Source: an uncultured Christensenella sp.
GTDB lineage: Bacteria; Bacillota; Clostridia; Christensenellales; UBA1242
Length of the DNA stretch: 57,958 nucleotides
Direction of reading: 5' to 3'
Assembly: GCA_949295755.1 (NCBI GenBank)
Contig: CASFMG010000012.1
Span: 1-57,958 of the forward strand
The notes beneath the pieces are model-generated. The model was not told the DNA's origin and did not search any database. It saw only the letters and a list, made by a program, of their open reading frames with translations. The number at the start of each line of letters is the position of its first letter. Within the stretch, counting starts at the first letter, position 1. Positions 26,878-35,405 of this stretch are shown in pieces. A program made the translations under genes and the position numbers.

Positions 26878-26955
26878 TAAAAAAACATTAACTTGGTTAA
26901 ATAACTGAATTATATATTTTTAAATTCATTTAAATTTTTTAGTATGGAGGAAACT

Positions 26956-27243
26956 ATGTTAAAAGAACAGTTTCAATATTGGTTAAAAATAAAAGGATAT
27001 AGTGAATATACTCCTAAAGGTTTACCAAGTACTGTGTATGATTATCCAAAAAGAATTGAATATATTATTTGGTATGAAAAACTAAAATCTTGGCAAGATG
27101 TTGTAATAAATATTAATAGATTATTGAAAGAATATGATGAAAATGGTATAAAATCTGAAATTGGAAAAAAATCTCATTCTGCAGTAATTAATGCTTTAAG
27201 AAGATTTAATGAATTTTGTATAGAAACAAATCAACTTATTTAG
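26956..27243 (+). CDS. Hypothetical protein
   Basis: ORF 26944-27243. The ATG at 26956 is preferred because GGAGG sits 5 nt upstream. No confident motif. Confidence 0.6.
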   Translation: MLKEQFQYWLKIKGYSEYTPKGLPSTVYDYPKRIEYIIWYEKLKSWQDVVININRLLKEYDENGIKSEIGKKSHSAVINALRRFNEFCIETNQLI

Positions 27244-27253
27244 TTAATTTGTT

Positions 27254-27490
27254 TTATTTTAAAACATAAATTTTATTACCAACTTTTATTGCCTTATGAA
27301 TTACACCATTTATTGTTTGGTCTATGTATTCAGGTTTGCCATCAGAAGTTGCTCGTAAGAAAATATGGTTATTATCTTCTTCTGCTGATTCTATGTTTAT
27401 ATCTATAATGTTTTCTAATTTATTTACTTCTAGCACTTTTAGTCCTTTTTGTATTAGGTATGAACTAAATTGCCATAGTTTTTCAAACAT
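27254..27490 (-). CDS. Hypothetical small protein; appears to be the distal part of a gene interrupted by an in-frame TAA (see findings)
   Basis: 78-aa ORF. Upstream in the same frame, ATG at 27560-27562 with GGAGG (27571-27575) opens MTNYFRITGYYPEQNFCFIID, then TAA, then NG, then this ORF's Met. Confidence 0.6.
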   Translation of the reverse strand: MFEKLWQFSSYLIQKGLKVLEVNKLENIIDINIESAEEDNNHIFLRATSDGKPEYIDQTINGVIHKAIKVGNKIYVLK

Positions 27491-27574
27491 TCCGTTTTAG
27501 TCTATGATAAAGCAAAAGTTTTGTTCAGGATAGTAACCTGTAATTCTAAAATAATTTGTCATAATATTTTCCTC

Positions 27575-28399
27575 CTATATGGCAAGTTGCCTTAATTGTT
27601 TATTTGCGTATGGTAACCATACTTTGTTTATAAAGTTCATAACTTTGCTATCTGGTTTTGAATTGTGGTCAGCATAACATTGTAATATTTTGTGATTTTT
27701 AAGTGAATATTCAAGCGTAACAAATGGTTTGTTAGGCTTGTTTTTGTTTCTTATGAAGAATATCAAACTTTCTTCTCTAACAAACTTTTGGTCATAGTTC
27801 ATACTACCAACGCAGTGATGAAGTTTTTTGCCTTCATACACTAAATCTTCTGAACTTGTCGGAATTATTGAAATATACACATCTTTTAAATTGTGTTGTA
27901 AAGACAAATATTTGTTTGCAATGTTTAAAAACTTTAAGTTAAATGCTTTTCTTTCTTCTTCATCTGTTTTTTGTTTTGCAGTTGTGTATTCATCAATTCG
28001 TATGTCGTGCCAACGCTTAAAGTCGTGTGGTATTTTGTTTTTGTTTTCTTGCATATTAAGTTTTAAATATTTGCAAGCATTTAAGTAATCTATATACAAA
28101 CTATCATCAATTTGTTGAGAAGTGATATAATTAAAAAATTGCTCAATGTTGCCATTAAACAATTCTTTTATTTCTCTATAATGTTCATTTTTTGAAAAGG
28201 ATTTAATAAATGTTTCTAGTTGTTGTGTTTTATCTAAATCTTTATTTTGTTTATATGCAGTAATAATGGTTGAAACATAGTAACTTTTAAGATATATTTC
28301 AAGTTTGTTTTTAATAAGCCACTTTCTAAACTGTTTATCTTTTTCAATTAGTTTTAGTATTGTTTTACTTGTAGCGTAATATTTTAAATTTAGCTTCAT
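27575..28399 (-). CDS. PcfJ-like protein (C-terminal part; gene probably 5'-disrupted)
   Basis: 274 aa from the first ATG. GKKLHHCVGSMNYDQKFVREESLIFFIR resembles the PcfJ-domain HCVG signature. The frame stays open for 151 more codons upstream (28400-28852) with no ATG, GTG or TTG. Confidence 0.7.
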   Translation of the reverse strand: MKLNLKYYATSKTILKLIEKDKQFRKWLIKNKLEIYLKSYYVSTIITAYKQNKDLDKTQQLETFIKSFSKNEHYREIKELFNGNIEQFFNYITSQQIDDSLYIDYLNACKYLKLNMQENKNKIPHDFKRWHDIRIDEYTTAKQKTDEEERKAFNLKFLNIANKYLSLQHNLKDVYISIIPTSSEDLVYEGKKLHHCVGSMNYDQKFVREESLIFFIRNKNKPNKPFVTLEYSLKNHKILQCYADHNSKPDSKVMNFINKVWLPYANKQLRQLAI

Positions 28400-28796
28400 T
28401 AAATATTCTGCTTGTGGATATTGTTCATAAATTCGTAAATATTTTATAAAGTCTTGATAAGCGTATTCATTTGCTAAACTATATTTATATTTTTCAAATT
28501 TTAAAGCATACTCACGATTAACGATAGGTGCAAATGGATCAAAGTATGTATCATCTGCACAACCCCAATTTCCATATTCATAATATTTTGGTTCTTTTTG
28601 CAGTCCTTGTTCATACCAACCAACACTATATCCAGCAATCCAAGTGTATTCTATGTCTTTAATAAAGCAATCTTTCGAATTTACTCCGTGAATTGCAACT
28701 TGTTTACAATACCAATTTTTGCCTTTGTTTTTAACTGCAACGGTTACTTTAACAAGTTCTTTATCGTTGGTTGTAAGGTAAGCGCTCCGCCAAATG

Positions 28797-28835
28797 AAAC
28801 TGATAAGAGCAAGCAGTCTTATCAGTTTATTTTTT
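28797..28835 (+). terminator. Perfect 12-bp hairpin plus T-run (plus-strand terminator-like) inside the start-less upstream extension of the PcfJ-like ORF
   Basis: aaactgataaga (28797-28808), loop gcaagcag, tcttatcagttt (28817-28828), then atttttt. Confidence 0.45.
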
Positions 28836-29320
28836 ACTTTATTATTAATCCTTTATTAATACATCGCAATTAAGTCCTTCATATTTTTTCTTTATCATTA
28901 TTTTAATTAATATATTTTCTAAATAAAATTAAATTTAAAATATACTAAAAAATTTATTTCCACCATTTATATGTTATAAACTTTTTATTTGTTCTGCAAA
29001 ATATTATGATCACTTTTTTGTATTTACAATTAAAATTTTGTTAAATAAAAAATAAATAATAGATATTAAACAAAAAAAATTGTTAAATAAATAAATTTAC
29101 ATAAATTTATATTTGTAAAGTTTTTATTTATTAAATTGTATTATATACGGACTATTAAATTTTATGAAAGTATTTACTTTTAAATTGAATAATTATATAA
29201 TTAATTTGAAATTTGATTTTATAAAAATTTGTATTACAATCAAAAAATATAAATCATAAAACTATGTAAACATTACATAATTAACCTCTGTAATTAAATA
29301 ATACATTAAAAGGAAATCTT

Positions 29321-30634
29321 ATGAATAATTTTTATATTTCGCAAATTATAAGTATTTTTACAATAATCTTGACAATTTTAGGATTATGTCAAAAAGAAAA
29401 ATTTAAAACATTGTTATGCTTTACTTTATGTAATATAACAATGATGACAACATACTTCTTGCTCAACAGATTACTTTCTGTTATATTAGTTGTTGTTGCA
29501 ACTATAAGAACGTTAATATACTTTATTTTTGCTTTGAAAAATATAAAACCTAATGCTTTTATTTTTATTTTTTTTGAAATTATTTATGTAGCCATCTCAG
29601 TGTTTTTGTGGCACGATTATATTGACCTTCTTATGTTGACAAATTTTTGTATTGTTACATATACAACGTGGCAAGATGATATGAAAATATTAAGAATAGG
29701 ATATATCATTTCGGCAATTTTGTTAACTATTTATGACGTGTTGGTTTTTGCATATGTTAATGCTATAAGTGAAATTATTTTGCTTATTAGTTCTGTTGTT
29801 ACTTATATACATTATAATATAAAAAATAAAATTGATAATATAGTTTTGGCTTTTTATCAAGCCATTGCACCAATGTTTGATATAAATATATGTAATGAAG
29901 AAAATTGTTTTTGTATTTTTTCTAAAACCATTGTTGATTCATATAATAATTTTATTTTAATTGATAATGTTAAAAAATTAAAAATCAATAAACAAAAGCT
30001 CAACAGATATTTTAAAAAATATGGAATGTCACAAATTATATATTTACCTACTCAAAATAATGATAATATTGAATATATAATGGATTTATCTAGAAAAAAT
30101 GAACTTTTGTTTCACGATGTATGGATGAAATTAAGAACGGGATATAACCCATATATAAAAAAATGTTTATTAAAAAATGTGGAATTTAAGCAATGTAATG
30201 ATAAAAATAAAAAAGATATAATAAAAGTTTTTGATAAAGGTTTTGTACACCAAGTTGGAGATAGTATTTATAAATTCTCTAATCAATACATCGAAATTTA
30301 TGAAAAAAATATATTTTATAACTTTACAGAACATTTTAATGTACGTCCTTATATGGCCTTTTATAAAGAAAAACCTATTGCTTTAGCATTTGTTTATAGG
30401 AAAGGAACAAATGCATTTATTTGTGAAGTTACCACATTACAAAAATATAGGAATAAAGGTGTAGCCTCAAGATTAATAAAATTTATTATCTCTTCGGAAA
30501 GAAAACTAGGAATAGAAGAATTTTATTTGGTTACAGAAAAATATACTTGGCTTGAAACTTTTTATATGAAAAACGGATTTGAACCATTTTATGAAGGTTA
30601 TTGTATTAAGTTAAATAAAAAATCCAAAAAATAA
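29321..30634 (+). CDS. Fusion protein: N-terminal YgjV-like multi-pass membrane domain + C-terminal GNAT acetyltransferase domain
   Basis: 437 aa. SD AAAGGA. The first 165 aa or so contain about 5-6 hydrophobic helices. The C-terminal part ICEVTTLQKYRNKGVASRLIKFII carries GNAT motif A. Confidence 0.75.
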   Translation: MNNFYISQIISIFTIILTILGLCQKEKFKTLLCFTLCNITMMTTYFLLNRLLSVILVVVATIRTLIYFIFALKNIKPNAFIFIFFEIIYVAISVFLWHDYIDLLMLTNFCIVTYTTWQDDMKILRIGYIISAILLTIYDVLVFAYVNAISEIILLISSVVTYIHYNIKNKIDNIVLAFYQAIAPMFDINICNEENCFCIFSKTIVDSYNNFILIDNVKKLKINKQKLNRYFKKYGMSQIIYLPTQNNDNIEYIMDLSRKNELLFHDVWMKLRTGYNPYIKKCLLKNVEFKQCNDKNKKDIIKVFDKGFVHQVGDSIYKFSNQYIEIYEKNIFYNFTEHFNVRPYMAFYKEKPIALAFVYRKGTNAFICEVTTLQKYRNKGVASRLIKFIISSERKLGIEEFYLVTEKYTWLETFYMKNGFEPFYEGYCIKLNKKSKK

Positions 30635-30720
30635 GGTTTATTATTTTGTTGTCTTGATAAATTTTTAACCAAATCACTAGTTATAAAAATTCTATTTGAT
30701 TAATTTAATTGCAAAGTAAA

Positions 30721-31680
30721 ATGCAAATGGTTATAATACACAATATGTGGATATATTATACAATCATTTATTCCATATTAATTGGATTCTTTGGAATATT
30801 TAAGAAAAAAGCAGTAGAAAAATCTAATGTGTTTTTTGTTGTATCACTATACAGTACAGTTGTTTTTTTATTAATAGCTATAACTAGAAGACAAAGCATA
30901 ATATTAGAAAACAATGAATTATTATTAATAATTTTAAAATCGTTTATAGTTACACTTTCTTGGACACTTGAAATAATAGCATTAAAAAATTATATGATTT
31001 CTTCCCTTCAACCTATTAGTTCAATTAAAGTTGTTATCGGGTATTTGGCAGGAATATATATTTTTCACGACTCAAATATTTGGTGGAAATATTTAGGTGT
31101 AATTATAATATTTTTTGCTTTAATTATGCTTAACAGTTTCGATACAAACAATGGCACAAAAATTTTAAAAATGAATAAGTATAAAAGTTACACAAATGCC
31201 AAAACAACAAACAATAATTATACAGCAGAATATAAAATAAAAAATAAAAGAATTCTTTCTATTGTTTGTTTTTTTGTGGCCTGCATATTATCAGAAATGT
31301 CTGCTATCTTAGATGTTTTTATAATGAAAAAAATTTCATCATCTCAAATGCAATTTTGGTTTATGCTTTTTGTTTCTATAATGTCTTGGATGATTTTATT
31401 GTTTTACAGTATAAAAAACAAATGTATTTTAATAAAAAAATCGGATTGGAAAAATCTTTACATATATATTACTGCAATAATATTAATGGTAGGAGATAGA
31501 TTTTTGTTTACGGCACTTGAAGATCCGAATGTTATGGCATCTAGAGTAACAATATTAAAACAACTTAGTATTGTAATATCAGTTATAGTAGGTTCGTTTG
31601 TATTTAATGAACCAAATTTGCAAAAAAAACTTATATGTTTAATTGTTATTATTTTAGGTATTATTATTATTTTAATCTAA
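30721..31680 (+). CDS. EamA/DMT-family transporter
   Basis: About 10 hydrophobic segments in two halves separated by a polar N/K-rich linker. Start uncertain (TTG 30709, ATG 30721 or ATG 30727). Confidence 0.7.
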   Translation: MQMVIIHNMWIYYTIIYSILIGFFGIFKKKAVEKSNVFFVVSLYSTVVFLLIAITRRQSIILENNELLLIILKSFIVTLSWTLEIIALKNYMISSLQPISSIKVVIGYLAGIYIFHDSNIWWKYLGVIIIFFALIMLNSFDTNNGTKILKMNKYKSYTNAKTTNNNYTAEYKIKNKRILSIVCFFVACILSEMSAILDVFIMKKISSSQMQFWFMLFVSIMSWMILLFYSIKNKCILIKKSDWKNLYIYITAIILMVGDRFLFTALEDPNVMASRVTILKQLSIVISVIVGSFVFNEPNLQKKLICLIVIILGIIIILI

Positions 31681-31781
31681 AATATTATAAAATTTACAGT
31701 AAAAAATTATATTTTTTATAATAAAGTTTATAAAATTAATAAGTTGACAAACCCATTATGGCAAAACGTAAATATAAAAAA

Positions 31782-34211
31782 TTATTGTACAGTGCTAACA
31801 TATTTTATTTGATGATTTTGATTGTTTTGATTATATCTTTCTACAAATTTTTTTACGGTTTCATTACCATATAAGGTTATATTTGTTGCTTGATTAGAAA
31901 AAATATCACTTATATTTGCAGTTTCACTAATATCGCCTTTTATAATTACACATTTTAAATTAACATCACTGAAAAACAAGTTATTTTCTAATGAATGTAT
32001 GTTTTTGCCTATCACAACACTTTCTAAATTGTAATTACCTGCAAAACACCACGCTGATAATGTTGTGAGCGAATTAGGTAAAACAATAGATTTTAATGTT
32101 GATGAATTACTAACTGCAAGTACTCCTAAAACTTTCACGCCTTCTGGAATGTTAATTTCAAAGCAACTGATTCCAGAAAACGCGTGATTACCTATTTCAA
32201 CAATATTATTTCCATCGTATTCAATTTTAGTTATGTATGGTGCTTCACTGCTTGTGCCAGTTGGCCAAAACAAAAAGTTTGGAATTTTTAATACATTTTT
32301 TCCAAATTTAACACTTATTCCATACCACTGCTTGCCTGTTTTATAAAATGTGTAATTATTCCCATTATTAAAATTTTCTTTATCATTACTTAAATTTTTA
32401 AGATTTTGACTATTTATTTGTAAATTTTCTACATATTGCAAATCATAAAACGCATAAGAACCTAATTTAGTAACATTTTCTCCTATTATTATTTCATTGA
32501 CAAAATTTGCATATTGGTGCCACTCTGGTAAATTTTCTAGTGAATAATCTTCCATCTCTCCACTACCATCAATATTTAAAATTCCCGTTTTTAAGTCAAA
32601 ACTCCAACTAACTTCATTACTTACTCCCGATAATGTTTGTTCAACAAAACTAGTTGTATAATTAAACTCATTGTTGGGGAGAACAGTTAACATTTTAGAT
32701 TTTACATATGGAATAATTTTTTTAGATAAATTTTTATTATAAATATAGCCGAGTGGTATTTTTTCATCATTATAAAATTTGTTGTTTGTTATTTTTGGCA
32801 TAGATTCTTCATCGCAAGCATACATAGACAACATCTGTTCAAAAGATTCATAAAAAATATTACCTGACACTTCAAAACTATCTGTTACTTTATTTTCGTA
32901 AATTGCATCGTGCACCCACGTTTTTATATGTGCGGATTGTGTTTTATCAGGACGAGTTTGTGAAACTCCATAACCAGAATATCTAAATATGTTATTTTGT
33001 ATTTTAAAAGTTTTGATATATGAATTTTCTTTATCTTGTGTTGATGATTTTGACACATTCCAATATTCCACACTATAATTACATTTTTCAACTACATTAT
33101 TTAAAAACTCTGCATTTTCTACTATTGTATTTGAAATGTTTGCAGTGTTTTGAAATGTTATTCCTGCATCATATACTTCATATATATAATTATTTTTAAC
33201 AATAAAACCTTTTTTTACATTATAACCATTTGTCTCGGTTACTTGTCCATATATTTCAATAGCATTACCAAATCTAACATTGTTTTGATTTTGTCTAGAA
33301 CCACCAATATATCCAAATTCACAATTTGTAACTGTTAAATTTGCAACATTACCAGTACCTATTCCGTGATTACCTGCAAAAATTATTTTTATATTATCCA
33401 CAACTAAATTCGTTCTGCTATATATACCATTTACACCAACTGCAAACTCTATACTGTCAAACCTAACTTGTGGATTTTTTTGTGAATATAAATAAATATA
33501 TTCACCCGTATTACTTCCACTGCTCGCTTTTCCAGAATGATAAAACTCTAAATCACTATCAAGTATATCAACCAAATTTATATTACTTTCATCAACACTT
33601 TCATCAAATGAAATTTTTTGACCAACTTCATAAGAAAAATCACTCCAATCGTGTTTATTTGAAAGTGTTAAATCGTTATTAAAAAACCATACAGCACCAA
33701 CATCAGCGTCTATTTTTTCACTATATTTCCATATATTAGTTTCTACCTGAATCCAAGTTCCATATGTTACTGCATTATAAGGCGATACATTGATTATTGG
33801 TTTTGATTTTGTTTCATTTCCATATGAACCAAGCATAATATCATCTTCTGTTATTCTTATATTACCCCTAAAAACATCTCCCCTGTTAAATAAAATACAA
33901 TCTCCACTTTTAATTGTATTAGAAAATTCAGTTTGCAATTTTGAAAGAGTTTGCCAAGCAGTTTGTGGGGTTGTTCCATCTAAACGATCATCTCCATCGT
34001 TAGACAAATAGTATATAGTTCCATTAATATTATCAATATTAGTGTTTGCTGTTTTTCGTATTTCGGTTATTTTAGATAAAGTTTCATCTTTCACAAACAA
34101 TGATGGATTTTGTTGCTTATTTACACAAAAATAATAGCATAACACACCGGCAAAAATAGTTATAATGATAACAATTAAAAATACTAATAATTTTTTTGTT
34201 GATTTTTTCAT
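31782..34211 (-). CDS. Surface protein: N-terminal anchor, right-handed beta-helix domain, C-terminal BspA-type leucine-rich repeats
   Basis: 809 aa. SD AAGAAGG. TM segment LLVFLIVIIITIFAGVLCYYF. Beta-helix-like NNYIYEVYDAGITFQN / NNVVEKCNYSVEY. LRR units IGNHAFSG..IPEGVKVLGVLAVSNSSTLKSIVLPNSLTTLSAWCFAGNYNLESVVIGKNI. Confidence 0.8.
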   Translation of the reverse strand: MKKSTKKLLVFLIVIIITIFAGVLCYYFCVNKQQNPSLFVKDETLSKITEIRKTANTNIDNINGTIYYLSNDGDDRLDGTTPQTAWQTLSKLQTEFSNTIKSGDCILFNRGDVFRGNIRITEDDIMLGSYGNETKSKPIINVSPYNAVTYGTWIQVETNIWKYSEKIDADVGAVWFFNNDLTLSNKHDWSDFSYEVGQKISFDESVDESNINLVDILDSDLEFYHSGKASSGSNTGEYIYLYSQKNPQVRFDSIEFAVGVNGIYSRTNLVVDNIKIIFAGNHGIGTGNVANLTVTNCEFGYIGGSRQNQNNVRFGNAIEIYGQVTETNGYNVKKGFIVKNNYIYEVYDAGITFQNTANISNTIVENAEFLNNVVEKCNYSVEYWNVSKSSTQDKENSYIKTFKIQNNIFRYSGYGVSQTRPDKTQSAHIKTWVHDAIYENKVTDSFEVSGNIFYESFEQMLSMYACDEESMPKITNNKFYNDEKIPLGYIYNKNLSKKIIPYVKSKMLTVLPNNEFNYTTSFVEQTLSGVSNEVSWSFDLKTGILNIDGSGEMEDYSLENLPEWHQYANFVNEIIIGENVTKLGSYAFYDLQYVENLQINSQNLKNLSNDKENFNNGNNYTFYKTGKQWYGISVKFGKNVLKIPNFLFWPTGTSSEAPYITKIEYDGNNIVEIGNHAFSGISCFEINIPEGVKVLGVLAVSNSSTLKSIVLPNSLTTLSAWCFAGNYNLESVVIGKNIHSLENNLFFSDVNLKCVIIKGDISETANISDIFSNQATNITLYGNETVKKFVERYNQNNQNHQIKYVSTVQ

Positions 34212-34307
34212 TTTTGCCTTCTTATACTTTATATTTTATCATAAATTTAAAATTATGAAAACATTTAAGATAATTTTAAAAATGTTTAATAAAATTAAAA
34301 TTTTATA

Positions 34308-34336
34308 TTGACATAATAAAATTTATATGATACTCT
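34308..34336 (+). promoter_or_regulatory. Candidate promoter of the ABC transporter operon
   Basis: TTGACA (34308-34313), 17-nt spacer with TG at 34328-34329, -10 TACTCT (34331-34336). Confidence 0.5.
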
Positions 34337-34404
34337 CTAAAAAGCGTTTACTTTTTTATTAAATACTTTTATATGCTAAATTTGTTTTAAAATGGAGATT
34401 GGAT

Positions 34405-35397
34405 ATGTCAAACATTATTACATTTGAACATATTTGCAAGGATTTTAAAATACCAGAACGACAAAAAGGTCGATTTAGCACATTAAAAAATTTTTTCTTT
34501 CGAAAACATAAAATAATTAGTGCATTAAAAGATGTCTCTTTTTCTATTAAAGAAGGAGATATTGTTGGCTATATCGGACCAAATGGTGCGGGAAAAAGTA
34601 CCACAATAAAAATAATGAGTGGAATACTTACACCAACATCAGGAAATTGTTTGATTGACGGACTTGTACCGTGGCAAGACAGAAAAAAATTTGTTAAAAA
34701 TATAGGGGTTGTTTTTGGTCAACGAAGTCAATTATGGTGGGATGTTCCAGTTATTGATAGTTTTGAACTTTTAAAAGATATCTATAAAATACCAAATGAA
34801 ACATACAATGAAACTCTTGATATTTTAAACAAATCCCTAAATTTAGAAGACTTGTTAAAAAGACCATTGCGACAACTGTCGTTGGGACAAAAAATGAAAT
34901 GTGAACTGGCTGCATCACTTTTGCATCGTCCAAAAATTTTGTTTTTAGACGAACCAACAATAGGTCTTGACGCAGTAACAAAATTATCTGTAAGAGATTT
35001 TATTAAATACATAAACAAAAAATGGCACACCACTGTAATTTTAACCACACACGATATGAACGACATTGAAGCACTGACAAATAAAATCATACTTATTGGA
35101 AAAGGTCAAATTTTGTATCAGGGAAATTTTGACAACATTAAAAACAAATACGCATCAATAAAGACTATTGAAGTTGAATTTGCAAAAGATTATGACAAAA
35201 TTGAATTAGAAGGCTATGAAGTAATTGAACATATAAAAAAATTTGCAACTTTAAAAAATTTACCATCAACAGAATTCCACACTAAAAATTTTGTAAACCA
35301 AATAACAGATAAATATGAAATTGTGGATTTTCAAGTATACTCACTTAGCGTTGATGAAATACTAGCAAAATTATATAAAGAATATAAATTATCTTAG
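34405..35397 (+). CDS. ABC transporter ATP-binding protein
   Basis: ATG at 34405 after GGAGA (the track start at 34399 is TTG). Walker A GPNGAGKST, signature LSLGQKMK, Walker B ILFLDEPT. Confidence 0.9.
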   Translation: MSNIITFEHICKDFKIPERQKGRFSTLKNFFFRKHKIISALKDVSFSIKEGDIVGYIGPNGAGKSTTIKIMSGILTPTSGNCLIDGLVPWQDRKKFVKNIGVVFGQRSQLWWDVPVIDSFELLKDIYKIPNETYNETLDILNKSLNLEDLLKRPLRQLSLGQKMKCELAASLLHRPKILFLDEPTIGLDAVTKLSVRDFIKYINKKWHTTVILTTHDMNDIEALTNKIILIGKGQILYQGNFDNIKNKYASIKTIEVEFAKDYDKIELEGYEVIEHIKKFATLKNLPSTEFHTKNFVNQITDKYEIVDFQVYSLSVDEILAKLYKEYKLS

Positions 35398-35405
35398 GAG
35401 TTTAT

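Larger units (their letters stand above)
17849..28898. mobile_element. tRNA-Ser-adjacent genomic island (composite, partly decayed integrative element carrying defence-like cargo); boundaries approximate
   Basis: It starts right after a tRNA gene and contains a large serine recombinase, an m5C methyltransferase, a DUF2075 nuclease-ATPase, and SLOG/DUF1273 and PcfJ-like genes typical of conjugative or phage elements. Two genes at the right end are disrupted. A 420-bp gene-free, extremely AT-rich tract follows. No convincing long direct repeats were found by eye. Confidence 0.5.

Noticed and set aside
29038-29098. Direct repeat TTGTTAAATAAA(AAA)TAAATAA / TTGTTAAATAAATAAATTT, 42 bp apart in the AT-rich tract
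   Set aside because: The sequence is low-complexity A/T, so matches of this size are expected by chance. It is kept only as a possible operator if motif searches support it.
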